Shown here: positions 44,804 through 53,672 of the stretch, piece by piece | Position numbering within the stretch: the stretch's first letter is position 1 | How the letters are laid out: each line of letters starts with the position of its first letter | DNA from: an uncultured Gammaproteobacteria bacterium | GTDB lineage: Bacteria > Patescibacteriota > Patescibacteriia > SG8-24 > DYFX01 | Assembly: GCA_964532415.1 (NCBI GenBank) | Contig: CAZHHN010000001.1 | Coordinates: 11,946 to 75,945 of the forward strand | Direction of reading: 5' to 3' | DNA length: 64,000 nucleotides | The notes under the pieces: generated by a model | Database searches by the model: none | What the model was told of the DNA's origin: nothing | The model's input: only the letters and a program-made list of their open reading frames with translations | Translations under genes and position numbers: made by a program

Positions 44804-46114
44804 ATGTCCAAGATTCACATCAAGAGTTCGCTGCTGAACAATGTCACAGGCGACATGGATGCCACGAAGGTGCGGGTGCTTGGGCGGTATCTGATCGAAG
44901 GCGAAATTGGCAAAGGAGGCATGGGCATGGTGTTTCGGGCCTATGACCGGACGCTTGAACGCCACGTGGCGATCAAGCTCATCCAGGCTCCAGGACCGTC
45001 GGGGCTCTCGGTAAGATTGGATCCAGATCATCAGAAGGCCCTGCAACGGTTTCAACAGGAGGCCCGGGCCGCGGCCAACGTTCGGCATCCGAACGTTGTC
45101 CAGGTCTACGAACTGCAGACAGACCCCCAGGGATTCTGCTATCTCGTGATGGAATACGTGCGTGGCGAGACGCTCTCCAAATTGCTCGCGCGCCGATTGA
45201 GTACGTCCCGGAAACCGTTCGAGCCGCGCGAGGCGATTCACCTCGTGGACCAAGTGCTCCAAGGTTTGGGGGCGGTGCATCAGGCCGGTTTCGTCCATCG
45301 CGATATTAAGCCGAGCAATGTGATGGTCACGGCTGGGGGAGGCGTCGTCGTCGTCGATTTCGGCGTGGTCAAAGATGTCCAACGGGATGGAGACTTGACC
45401 CGGACCAGTATTGTTCCGGGATCGGTGTCGTACATGGCGCCGGAGCAGATCAACCGGGAGCCGATCGATGCGCGGACCGATATCTACGCCGTCGGCGTCC
45501 TGCTCTACAGCCTGTTGGTGGGCACCTTACCTTTCGAAGGCGACAACGATGTGGAGGTCCTGCAGCAACACCTGCGCGCCACCGTGCCGTCCCTGGGCCA
45601 CCGGTGCGGTCGCTTGAGCGGCGGTCTGGACGCCATCATCGCACGGGCGATGGCGAAAGTTCCGCAAGAACGCTTCCAGAGCGCGCAAGAAATGCGGCGG
45701 GCCCTGCAAAATCTGCTCAGCCCGCCGGCACCGAAGAAATCGAGAGGGTATCTCGCACCCGTTCTGGCGAGTCTGGCGGCCATCGTTGCCGCCGCCGCGC
45801 TCCTCTATGAGCGTTGGCCGTCGGATGATGAACCGATTGTGATCGGCGAGCAGGCCGAGATTTCAGGATCATCCCCGAAATCCGTGCCGATCGGCCCCGA
45901 TCTCTCGAAGTTCGCGGTCCCGCCGCCCAGCCAGCAGGATTGCAGGAGCGGCACTCAGGCCGAACAGTCCTACTGTCTCTGCGGCCTGTATGCCATTGGG
46001 CAACAGCTCGGGCAGCACTCCGATGCTTGCCGCGACGCGCTCAACCGCCTTCCGAGAGGCGACGCGCGCAAAGAACGCGTTTGGGGATGGTTGCGCGCCG
46101 CATCGGTTCATTAG
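44804..46114 (+). CDS. Hanks-type Ser/Thr protein kinase with TM helix and Cys-containing extracytoplasmic tail
   Basis: AGGAGG precedes the ATG at 44804. Gly loop GKGGMGMVF, VAIK, catalytic loop HRDIKPSNV, DFG and APE. A TM helix (LAPVLASLAAIVAAAALL) is followed by ~110 aa. Confidence 0.85.
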   Translation: MSKIHIKSSLLNNVTGDMDATKVRVLGRYLIEGEIGKGGMGMVFRAYDRTLERHVAIKLIQAPGPSGLSVRLDPDHQKALQRFQQEARAAANVRHPNVVQVYELQTDPQGFCYLVMEYVRGETLSKLLARRLSTSRKPFEPREAIHLVDQVLQGLGAVHQAGFVHRDIKPSNVMVTAGGGVVVVDFGVVKDVQRDGDLTRTSIVPGSVSYMAPEQINREPIDARTDIYAVGVLLYSLLVGTLPFEGDNDVEVLQQHLRATVPSLGHRCGRLSGGLDAIIARAMAKVPQERFQSAQEMRRALQNLLSPPAPKKSRGYLAPVLASLAAIVAAAALLYERWPSDDEPIVIGEQAEISGSSPKSVPIGPDLSKFAVPPPSQQDCRSGTQAEQSYCLCGLYAIGQQLGQHSDACRDALNRLPRGDARKERVWGWLRAASVH

Positions 46115-46247
46115 CACGATTCTCTGGGAGCAGGCATTGCGATGCCGCTCCTTTTTCTTATCTGTGCAAAATGCACGCGTCGTGAAGGTTCATTGCGGTC
46201 ATGGTACAATGGCTCGTACACAAAATTATTCATCTGTTTTTCAATCC

Positions 46248-46733
46248 ATGACCCTGAACGCGCGTTTTTCTCTTCTTATCTGCAGCAGCCTTCTTTTTGC
46301 GGGCGCCGGCTGCGCTTCGATTTCTCCGGCCTCGCCTCCGTACGTGCCGGTAACGGCCCCGTCGCCGGTCCCGCCGCCCGAGCCCGCGCCGACTCCTGCA
46401 TCCGGCACGCTTGAAGTGGGCGAGAAGGATAAGAATGCGACGTTGCCTGCGACGGTCGGGGAAATCGTCGATCTCGTTCTGCACAGCACGTATTGGACGA
46501 TTCAGCGTCCCGATGCGGCGATCCTGAAGCCACTGATGCCGGAGCCGAAGGTCACCCCCGATTTCAGGGGCGTGCCCGGTTCCGGTTCGGGAACCGTTGA
46601 GATGCGTTATCAGGTCATCGGAGCCGGGACGGCGCAGCTGAGCGCCACGCGCACCTCATGCGGCGAAGCGATGCTCTGTACGGGTGAAAACGGGAAATTC
46701 CGGGTGTCAATCACCGCGACGCGGCCGGAGTAA
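46248..46733 (+). CDS. Lipoprotein, possible chagasin/I42-like fold (weak)
   Basis: Lipobox LLFAGAGC, then a Pro-rich linker and a beta-rich domain. A strong terminator follows. Confidence 0.45.
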   Translation: MTLNARFSLLICSSLLFAGAGCASISPASPPYVPVTAPSPVPPPEPAPTPASGTLEVGEKDKNATLPATVGEIVDLVLHSTYWTIQRPDAAILKPLMPEPKVTPDFRGVPGSGSGTVEMRYQVIGAGTAQLSATRTSCGEAMLCTGENGKFRVSITATRPE

Positions 46734-46772
46734 GCCGTCGCACCGCGAAAATTCCCTGCAATCCCGGTTGCG

Positions 46773-46805
46773 AAAAATCCCCTCCGACACGGAAGGGGAT
46801 TTTTC
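46773..46805. terminator. Bidirectional rho-independent terminator
   Basis: AAAAATCCCCTCC-GACAC-GGAAGGGGATTTTT hairpin, between the lipoprotein gene (+) and tRNA-Glu (-). Confidence 0.7.
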
Positions 46806-46864
46806 TGGTACACGCATCCTATTCTCAAATCGCAAAACGCTCCCGTTCGGGGGAGCGTTCGGCA

Positions 46865-46942
46865 TGGTACCGCGTAGGGGATTCGAACCCCTGATCTTCT
46901 GGCTGAGAACCAGACGTCCTAACCGGGCTAGACGAACGCGGC
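46865..46942 (-). tRNA. tRNA-Glu (anticodon CTC)
   Basis: Reverse complement folds as acceptor GCCGCGT/ACGCGGT (G-U first pair), anticodon stem TCTGG/CCAGA with loop TTCTCAG, T-loop TTCGAAT, encoded CCA. Confidence 0.7.
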
Positions 46943-47085
46943 AGGCTCGTTCACATTCGCATTGGGGCCCTCGGAACATTCGACAGGCTAGCACGCCGGT
47001 GCGGGTTTGTCCAGGGAAGTGGTATCAATCGGAAGATTGACGGAAAACCTTTTTACCGTTACGCTGGGCCGCACGCCCGGCGTAT

Positions 47086-48048
47086 ATGTTTTCCTGGAAA
47101 GACGCCAAAAAACCGATCGTCGCGCTGTCGCCGATGGCCGACATGACCGACTCCGAGTTTTGCCTGATCGCCAAGCGTTTCGGGGCCAGGATTGTGTTCC
47201 GTGAAATGGTCGCCTCCGAAGCGCTCGTGCGGCAGAACGACAAGACGCTCGGGATGGCCGCCTTCGACGAGCGCGAGCGCCCGATCATCCAGCAGATCTT
47301 CGGCGCCGATCCGGACGTCATGGCCGAAGCGGCCCGCGTCGTCGAGGAACGCTTCCATCCGGACGGCATCGACGTCAACATGGGCTGCCCGGTCTATAAG
47401 ATCACCTCGAATTTCAACGGTGCCGCGCTCATGAAGGAACCGGAACGTGCCGCCGCCATCGTCCGGAAAATGAAGGCCGCCGTTTCGGTCCCGGTGTCGG
47501 TCAAGATCCGCCTCGGCTGGGGCGATCCGCGCGAATGCCTCGACTTCGCCCCGATCCTGGAACAATCCGGCGCCGATCTGCTGACCGTCCACGGGCGCAC
47601 CAAAGCGCAGGGCTATTCCGGCAGCGCCGACTGGACGATGGTCGGCGGCGTCAAAAAGCGCGTCTCGATCCCGGTGCTCGTGAACGGCGACGTGCATACG
47701 CCCGAGGCGGCCGTGCCGGCCATGGCCCAGTCCGGCGCCGACGGCACGCTGGTGGCCCGCGGCGCGCTCGGCAATCCCTGGATCCTGAAACAGATCGAAG
47801 AGATGCTGGAAGACGGAAAGGTTTCGACCGTCGTCGATGACGCGACGCGCGCCCGGACGGCGCTTGAGCATCTTGAGCTGATGATCGCGCGGCACGGCGA
47901 GGAGCGCGGCGTCGTGCTGATGCGCAAGCACTTCGCCTGGTATTTCAAGGGCGGCCGCGACTCCAAAGAAGTCCGTCAGGCCCTGAATCGGGCCGGAACG
48001 CGTGCGGAAGTCGGAACGGCATTGGAGCATTTCCGGATGCTGGCCTGA
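47086..48048 (+). CDS. dus: tRNA-dihydrouridine synthase (DusB-like)
   Basis: VALSPMADMTD (FMN-binding start), NMGCP (catalytic Cys), and a TIM-barrel plus helical C-terminus. Confidence 0.85.
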   Translation: MFSWKDAKKPIVALSPMADMTDSEFCLIAKRFGARIVFREMVASEALVRQNDKTLGMAAFDERERPIIQQIFGADPDVMAEAARVVEERFHPDGIDVNMGCPVYKITSNFNGAALMKEPERAAAIVRKMKAAVSVPVSVKIRLGWGDPRECLDFAPILEQSGADLLTVHGRTKAQGYSGSADWTMVGGVKKRVSIPVLVNGDVHTPEAAVPAMAQSGADGTLVARGALGNPWILKQIEEMLEDGKVSTVVDDATRARTALEHLELMIARHGEERGVVLMRKHFAWYFKGGRDSKEVRQALNRAGTRAEVGTALEHFRMLA

Positions 48049-48117
48049 GGTTTCGGTCGGCTGGAACCGCCCGGTCCGAGCTGCTATAGTGCGCCTAGCT
48101 TCAATGCCAAGCCCGTT

Positions 48118-48810
48118 ATGGCCGAATTCTGGCGTCAGGTTTTCGTCTATCCGTTGCTCGATGTCCTGATCCTGTTTTATAACACCATCGCCTTCCAGAA
48201 CCTGGGCGTGGCCGTGATCGAAATGACGGTGCTGCTGCGCCTCGTTTTGCTGCCGATCAACGTCCTGGCCGAGAAGGACACCGCCCGCTACGAACGCCTC
48301 GAACAGGAAGTCGCCGGTATCCAGAAGGCCTTCAAAGCCGATGAGGTCATGGCCAACGACCATATCCGCGCGCTGCTCAAAAAGCGCAGGATCAGCCCGT
48401 GGGCCAAGACGCTCATCCTGTTCGTGCAGCTGCTTGTGCTGCTCGTGCTCTATCAGGTTTTCCTGCGCGGCATCAACGCGCACCTCGACCATCTGGCGGA
48501 CTGGGCCGGCCGGCCGCTCATGCCGATCAACACCACCTTTTTCGGCTTCGAGCTCGGCCGGCGCAATATTCTCTGGGCCTTGGCGGTCGGCTTCTACCTG
48601 TTTCTCGAAATCCTGTACGCGCAGCGCAAGGTCGCGCGCCTCCTGGGCCGGCAGGATGCCGTTTACCGTTACGCTTTTCCGCTCTTCAGCATCGTGGTAC
48701 TGTCGCTGCTGCCGATGGCCAAAAGCCTGTTCGTGCTGACCTCGATGACCTTCTCCCTCGCCGTTTCATCCTTCCGCCGCCTGCTATGGCCGACCGCCTC
48801 GACCAAATGA
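48118..48810 (+). CDS. yidC: Membrane protein insertase YidC/Oxa1 family (short form without large periplasmic domain)
   Basis: GVAVIEMTVLLRLVLLPINVLAEKD matches the conserved YidC TM helix (G.AII..T...R..L.PL..K). About 5 TM helices, 230 aa. Confidence 0.65.
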   Translation: MAEFWRQVFVYPLLDVLILFYNTIAFQNLGVAVIEMTVLLRLVLLPINVLAEKDTARYERLEQEVAGIQKAFKADEVMANDHIRALLKKRRISPWAKTLILFVQLLVLLVLYQVFLRGINAHLDHLADWAGRPLMPINTTFFGFELGRRNILWALAVGFYLFLEILYAQRKVARLLGRQDAVYRYAFPLFSIVVLSLLPMAKSLFVLTSMTFSLAVSSFRRLLWPTASTK

Positions 48811-49364
48811 TGTATTCGTTCGTGATGGAAGACGTCCTGAAAGGGCTCTTCATTCACGTCCCGCCCGGTTATGTTGCCTGTGTCTACGACCTGGGCCGCG
48901 GCGTTTTGAAAAAAGTGATGATGCCGGGGCTGCACCTCAAGATCCCGTTCTGGCAGAAAGCCAAGCTCTTCAACACCCAGACGCTCGAGTATTCGATCTC
49001 GCACGATTTCCAGCCCGAGCAGATCAAGGCCATGGGGGATACGCCCATCAACGCGCAGACGGCCGACGGCCGGCGCATCCTGATCGAAGGCACCATCCTG
49101 CTGCGCCTCGACATCGAGCAGATCCCGATGATCTGGCAGAACATCGGCGACGACTTCGTGCAGAAGATCGTCCGCCCGACCATCCGCAGCCGCCTGCGCA
49201 TGCTGGCCGCCCGCTACCCGTTTTCCGACGTCGTCTCGGTCCGGCGTGACCAGGTCGAGATCGAAACCAAGCAGGAACTTGAGCGCATTTTCTTCCCGCG
49301 CGGCATCCGCGTCGAAAACGTGCTGCTTTCCGAAATCAGCGAGCCGCAGGCATCCGAGGATTGA
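48807..49364 (+). CDS. SPFH/Band-7 (prohibitin/stomatin-like) domain protein
   Basis: ATGA overlap with the yidC stop. PGYVACVYDLGRGVLKKVMMPGLHLKIPFWQKA is the Band-7 core. Confidence 0.65.
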   Translation: MMYSFVMEDVLKGLFIHVPPGYVACVYDLGRGVLKKVMMPGLHLKIPFWQKAKLFNTQTLEYSISHDFQPEQIKAMGDTPINAQTADGRRILIEGTILLRLDIEQIPMIWQNIGDDFVQKIVRPTIRSRLRMLAARYPFSDVVSVRRDQVEIETKQELERIFFPRGIRVENVLLSEISEPQASED

Positions 49365-49384
49365 AAAGAAAAAAACCGCGCGCG

Positions 49385-50038
49385 TCAGGAAGACAGGCGC
49401 GGCAGAACCGAACGCTGTAGGCGTTCGAGCGCGAACCCGAAGGTGAACCAGAGCGGCACGAAGGCGGGATTGATATAGCGTTCCCAGGCGACCGGCGAAT
49501 TCACGTAGCGCCACGGGCAGGCCCCGAGGATGCTTTCGAGCAGCCAGCCCCAGCCGTATTCGCAGATGAAGATGAACGCGACGTAGCCGAGCCCGCGGAG
49601 ATACCACGGCAGGGAAAAGAATCTCGGCCAGCGCCGCTCAAGCAGGTGGAATCCGAATGTGGCGGAGAGCGCATAGACCGGAATGCTCCAAAGGCTGGTG
49701 CGGCAGGGCAGCGCCGGATCGATCGCCGATCCGTCCAGCGCCCGCTGCAGCGCGTCCCTGATGCCCGTCGAAAGCGCTTCGGCCGAAAGACCGATGGCGA
49801 CATAGACCGCGAAGGCGACGAGCAGGCGGTGCATCTCGGGCGTTCTGGCCCGCGGCCACGTCCGTGACAGGCAGTCAGAGAGCGCCGCGCCAGGCACGAC
49901 GGGTTTTTGGGCCGTGCCGCAGGTCTTGCACCCGAGGCGTCCTCCGTCGCTGGAACGCGTAAAAGGAGTCAGCGGGCCGTGTTTCGGATCGAGCCTGCAA
50001 AGCAACCTGTCGGGATCGGGCAGTCTCTTGCGCATCAT
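49385..50038 (-). CDS. Membrane protein with N-terminal CxxC...CxxC zinc-ribbon-like motif (DUF2085-like)
   Basis: LCRLDP...GCKTCG cysteine pairs, followed by 4-5 TM helices. Confidence 0.45.
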   Translation of the reverse strand: MMRKRLPDPDRLLCRLDPKHGPLTPFTRSSDGGRLGCKTCGTAQKPVVPGAALSDCLSRTWPRARTPEMHRLLVAFAVYVAIGLSAEALSTGIRDALQRALDGSAIDPALPCRTSLWSIPVYALSATFGFHLLERRWPRFFSLPWYLRGLGYVAFIFICEYGWGWLLESILGACPWRYVNSPVAWERYINPAFVPLWFTFGFALERLQRSVLPRLSS

Positions 50039-50877
50039 CCACCTCCGTGGCGCTCCATCCAGAGTATGGTGATGGGACGCGGGGCGTCAAGCAGGTGATC
50101 TTGACGGCCGCGGGCATTCGGGGTAGGAAGGTGGACAGGAGGTTGAACGTGAAACTGCCCGCCGACATGCTCGGGGAAACCACCGTTGCCATTCTCGATT
50201 TCTTGGTGTTCGACTGCCTATTGCCGGCCGTCGATGCCTTCGACCGTCTCATGGAGTCATGGGTATGGCTGTGGGTGACCACATTGCTCTACGGCAGTGA
50301 AATGTGACCGGCCGCTTGCCTACGCCGAGCTTGGTTCTGCTGGTGCTGTCCCTGCCGGATGGCCATGGCGATGAACTACGCTACCGGCCGAAGACGTTCG
50401 TGACGCCTGACCGCATGCGGGAATCAGGCGCGCAAGAAGCGTAAATCGCTCCGTCTCTCCCGACGCGCTTCGACGGATCGTCTCCTGTCCCGCCGCTGGC
50501 GCTAGTCCGTTCTCAGCCCTGACACGTTCAGGGTTTTCTTTTATCCGCGCAAAAAGAAAGACGGACTCGGAGGTGAGAGTCCGTCCAGAGAGGCGCTTCC
50601 TTGCATAAGCGCCCCATCCCGGTGCCGAAGGCTCGTCGGCCTGGCAAAGAGCGGTTCTCACCTCAAGGGGAGATCACGCTCAATGGCACGTTGGATAGGC
50701 AAGGGAACTCCGCGGGTGGGACGGAGCGCTCGAATTGCCTATCTCAACTTGGGATGATCGCCTGGTCTCGTGCATGTCCTGTGAACGAGACCTTTTCTCG
50801 ACGTCCACGCGGCCGCGGGTTGGGACCGCGGCTGGGGTCGTCGAAGGCCTAAACCTACCACCAACGTTCCAAATTCG

Positions 50878-51339
50878 TCAAGTGGCGGCGGCCTCGCGAC
50901 GCTTCATGGCGCGGACCGTTCCGATCCCCAGGATCACGCCGAAGAGCGAGAGGATAAAGCAGGCGAACACGGGGAGCCAGACGACTGTCAATGAATCGAT
51001 CTCTGCATGGCGCGGATTCGCCGGGTCGTAACGGACGTTGACGGTCTCGCCGACCACGGGCTGCGCGCCACCGCCCATCGAAGACGTGAACTGGTAGGAA
51101 ACGTGTCCGGGCGTCGAAAACTCGACGACCGGCGCATACGTCGGGACCCTTTTTCTGGTTGTACTGGAAACGGGTGCCCGGCCGACGACTTTTCCGATGG
51201 CCGGCGCTCCGCCTAAGATTTGGGTGGCACGCACCAGGAAAATGACCGTTCCGATCGTGCAGAGCGCCGCTCCGCCGAAACCGACGATGATCCCGTTTTT
51301 CAGGGGATTTTTCCGAAGGGTCTCGCCGGAGGTTTCCAT
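50878..51339 (-). CDS. Hypothetical membrane protein (two TM helices flanking a small beta domain, DUF3592-like)
   Basis: TM at residues ~15-35 and ~115-140. 153-aa ORF with protein-like composition. Confidence 0.45.
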   Translation of the reverse strand: METSGETLRKNPLKNGIIVGFGGAALCTIGTVIFLVRATQILGGAPAIGKVVGRAPVSSTTRKRVPTYAPVVEFSTPGHVSYQFTSSMGGGAQPVVGETVNVRYDPANPRHAEIDSLTVVWLPVFACFILSLFGVILGIGTVRAMKRREAAAT

Positions 51340-51395
51340 GGGTAAAAGTTTGGATTACGTCTCTATCGTAGCAGAGAATGGCTCTTGACGTCTTC

Positions 51396-51422
51396 TTAGC
51401 ACTCCATTAAAGTGAGTGCCAG
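51396..51422 (+). promoter_or_regulatory. CIRCE-like HrcA operator overlapping a sigma70-like promoter
   Basis: TTAGCACTC-N9-GAGTGCCAG versus the CIRCE consensus TTAGCACTC-N9-GAGTGCTAA. TTGACG at 51385-51390 and TAAAGT at 51408-51413 are 17 nt apart. Confidence 0.75.
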
Positions 51423-51424
51423 TT

Positions 51425-52126
51425 ATGGAAGCCTTGGATGCCCGCAAGGAAACGCTGCTGAAACTGACGGTTCGGCGCTACATCGAAAGCGCGGAACCGG
51501 TCGGTTCGGCTTGGCTGGCCGACGAATCCGGTCTGGACGTTTCTTCGGCGACGATTCGCAATGAGCTGGCCGATTTGGAAGAGATGGGCTACCTGATGCA
51601 GCCGCATACCTCGGCTGGCCGCGCCCCGTCTGAAACAGGGTATCGTTACTACGTCGACCGCTTTCTGGAAAAGAAAAAGCCCGGCGTCTCCGTTCAGGAA
51701 GCATTGGCAGAGGCGATCGGTGAGGCTGACGATGGCGCGGATCGCCTGCGTCGCGCGGCCAAGACGCTGGCCGGGCTTTCCGGGGAATCGGTCCTGGCCG
51801 CCTTCCGCCCGCGCGACGTCTACTACACCGGACTTTCCAACCTGTTCGCCAAGCCGGAGTTCCGGCAGATCGCCCTGGTCGCCTCGATGTCGCGCATGCT
51901 CGACCACCTCGATGAGGTCATGGAACAGGTCTTTCCGAAAGTCGAGAGCGGTCTCAGCGTCTGGATCGGAAGCGAGAATCCGTTCGGCGCCGAATGTGGA
52001 CTGCTCATCGCCCGCGCGCCGATCGGAAATGCCCACGGCATCCTCGGAGTGCTCGGCCCGATGCGCATGGACTACGACGTCGGCGCGGGCCTGCTCGAGA
52101 CGGCGATCGAGAGACTGCAAGTCTAA
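51425..52126 (+). CDS. hrcA: Heat-inducible transcription repressor HrcA
   Basis: N-terminal winged helix ...RRYIESAEPVGSAWLADESGLDVSSATIRNELADLEEMGYLMQPHTSAGRAPSETGYRYYVD... The ATG at 51425 is immediately after CIRCE. Confidence 0.85.
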   Translation: MEALDARKETLLKLTVRRYIESAEPVGSAWLADESGLDVSSATIRNELADLEEMGYLMQPHTSAGRAPSETGYRYYVDRFLEKKKPGVSVQEALAEAIGEADDGADRLRRAAKTLAGLSGESVLAAFRPRDVYYTGLSNLFAKPEFRQIALVASMSRMLDHLDEVMEQVFPKVESGLSVWIGSENPFGAECGLLIARAPIGNAHGILGVLGPMRMDYDVGAGLLETAIERLQV

Positions 52127-52273
52127 TGCGCCCGCGCTCCAAACAAATTTCAAAGCGTGTCCGCGATGGACGGGTGGCACCGCAGGCGATATCTCCTGAG
52201 GCGCGCGACAGCGCCGAACGGGGATGTCGCCGAGAGGTGACAGGACCCGTCCGTCGCGAACATCAAGATTTCT

Positions 52274-52789
52274 ATGCCTGACGAAGAAAAGAAAACCGAA
52301 GAACACCAAGGCTGCGGGGACGGCGTCTGCAGGATGCCGCAGAAGCCAGCCGATCTCGAGAAGAAGCTGGAAGAGGCCGTCAGCCAGTCGTTGCGCGCGC
52401 TGGCCGATTACCAGAATCTCCAGAAGGAAGTCGCCCGCGAGCGCGCCGAGATGGGTTCCTACGCCGTTCTGCGCGTGGTCGAGCGCTTCCTGCCCGTCTT
52501 CGACAACTTCAACACCGCCATGAGCCACATGCCCACGTCCGACGACAAGGCGGTGGTCAACTGGGCGGTCGGCGTCGGCTTCATTCAGAAGCAGCTGGAA
52601 GAAGCGCTGCGCTCCCTGGGCCTCACGCCCATCAAGACCGTCGGCGAGCCGTTCGACGCCGCCAGGCATGAAGCCGTCGGCGAGGAAGCATCCGACAGGG
52701 AACACGGCATCATCCTGAAGGAAGTCCAATCCGGCTACGAGATCCTCGGCAAAGTCGTCCGCCCCGCCAAAGTCATCATCGCTCAATAA
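52274..52789 (+). CDS. grpE: Nucleotide exchange factor GrpE
   Basis: ADYQNLQKEV..., the FDP..HEAV motif and GrpE beta-sheet C-terminus. Lies between hrcA and dnaK. Confidence 0.85.
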   Translation: MPDEEKKTEEHQGCGDGVCRMPQKPADLEKKLEEAVSQSLRALADYQNLQKEVARERAEMGSYAVLRVVERFLPVFDNFNTAMSHMPTSDDKAVVNWAVGVGFIQKQLEEALRSLGLTPIKTVGEPFDAARHEAVGEEASDREHGIILKEVQSGYEILGKVVRPAKVIIAQ

Positions 52790-52810
52790 ACCAAACCCAA
52801 CCCAACGCCC

Positions 52811-53140
52811 ATGGCACCTCTCGTCTTCCAAAGCGAACGCGAATGGCACTCCTTCTACGAGAGCCACCGGTTTTCGTTCAAGGAATGGGAAAACTTCCTG
52901 ATGTTCTTCCAGCTGGACGGCAACATGCTGATCACCATCCCGTCGCGCCGCGTAAGCGACGACGGCACGCCGGAGCGCCAGCAGAAGATCAAGCTGCGCG
53001 ACCTGCCCAAGCACAAGGGCGGCATTTCCAATCTGAAGTTCAGCGTCCAGACCGAAAACAAGCTGGTCACCTTCGACACCAGCGGCCCGGTCTTCAAGGC
53101 GGGATATGAAATGCCGAAGGGGGAGAGGGCGTCGGCGTGA
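52811..53140 (+). CDS. Hypothetical small protein inserted between grpE and dnaK
   Basis: 109-aa ORF, moderately high GC, no recognisable motifs. Its stop overlaps the start of the next gene. Confidence 0.4.
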   Translation: MAPLVFQSEREWHSFYESHRFSFKEWENFLMFFQLDGNMLITIPSRRVSDDGTPERQQKIKLRDLPKHKGGISNLKFSVQTENKLVTFDTSGPVFKAGYEMPKGERASA

Positions 53141-53670
53141 GTGATATGGATACGTCCGTTAAGTTGCACCCCGAACAATTCCGCTCAGCACTTGAAAAGC
53201 TGTCTGAGGATAAGGTTGCGGATCTTGTTGATGGGTTCGTGGCAAGCGGGCTCAATCTCTCCAAAGAAGAAAAGCAGGCGGTCGAATTCGTTTTCTGGCT
53301 GAGTGCCCGGATTGAATCATTTCTGGGACGCGCCATTCAGGAAGTCTTGGGTACAGATGCTCGGGTTGGAAAGTATGTTGCTTCTCATTTGCGCGAAGTG
53401 CGGCAAGAAGTGTTGAAACAAACGACTGATGATCTGTATCTGGGCGGCAAAGTGCAATTAATGAGCAGGATTATTTCTGCTATTAAGGGCAAAAAATTCA
53501 AACTGGCTGAAGAGTTCCTCGGAACCATCAATCGATTGAGAAATGATATCTCGCATAACCGTTTCAAGTATCTAGAGTATAAGGGCCAGCTTGTTACCGA
53601 ACTAGCAACCAAGAAAAGAATTATCGGTGATTTCAAGGATATTTTTCAAGACATCGGCAAGAAAGAATAA
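53137..53670 (+). CDS. Low-GC HEPN-like protein (Rx4H motif)
   Basis: 177-aa ORF, visibly AT-richer than its neighbours. RLRNDISHNRFKY fits the HEPN Rx4-6H motif near the C-terminal helix. Confidence 0.45.
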   Translation: MSDMDTSVKLHPEQFRSALEKLSEDKVADLVDGFVASGLNLSKEEKQAVEFVFWLSARIESFLGRAIQEVLGTDARVGKYVASHLREVRQEVLKQTTDDLYLGGKVQLMSRIISAIKGKKFKLAEEFLGTINRLRNDISHNRFKYLEYKGQLVTELATKKRIIGDFKDIFQDIGKKE

Positions 53671-53672
53671 CT

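Noticed and set aside
50047-50307. 86-aa plus-strand ORF in the long intergenic region
   Set aside because: No RBS, odd composition, and the surrounding sequence looks like structured RNA or regulatory DNA. Kept only as part of the ncRNA-candidate finding.
50568-50600. RNase P RNA assignment for the GGAGGTGAGAGTCCGTCC element
   Set aside because: This is only a loose match to the P4 region. The element folds into a self-contained perfect hairpin, and other universal RNase P motifs were not found. Left as an unassigned structured-RNA candidate.
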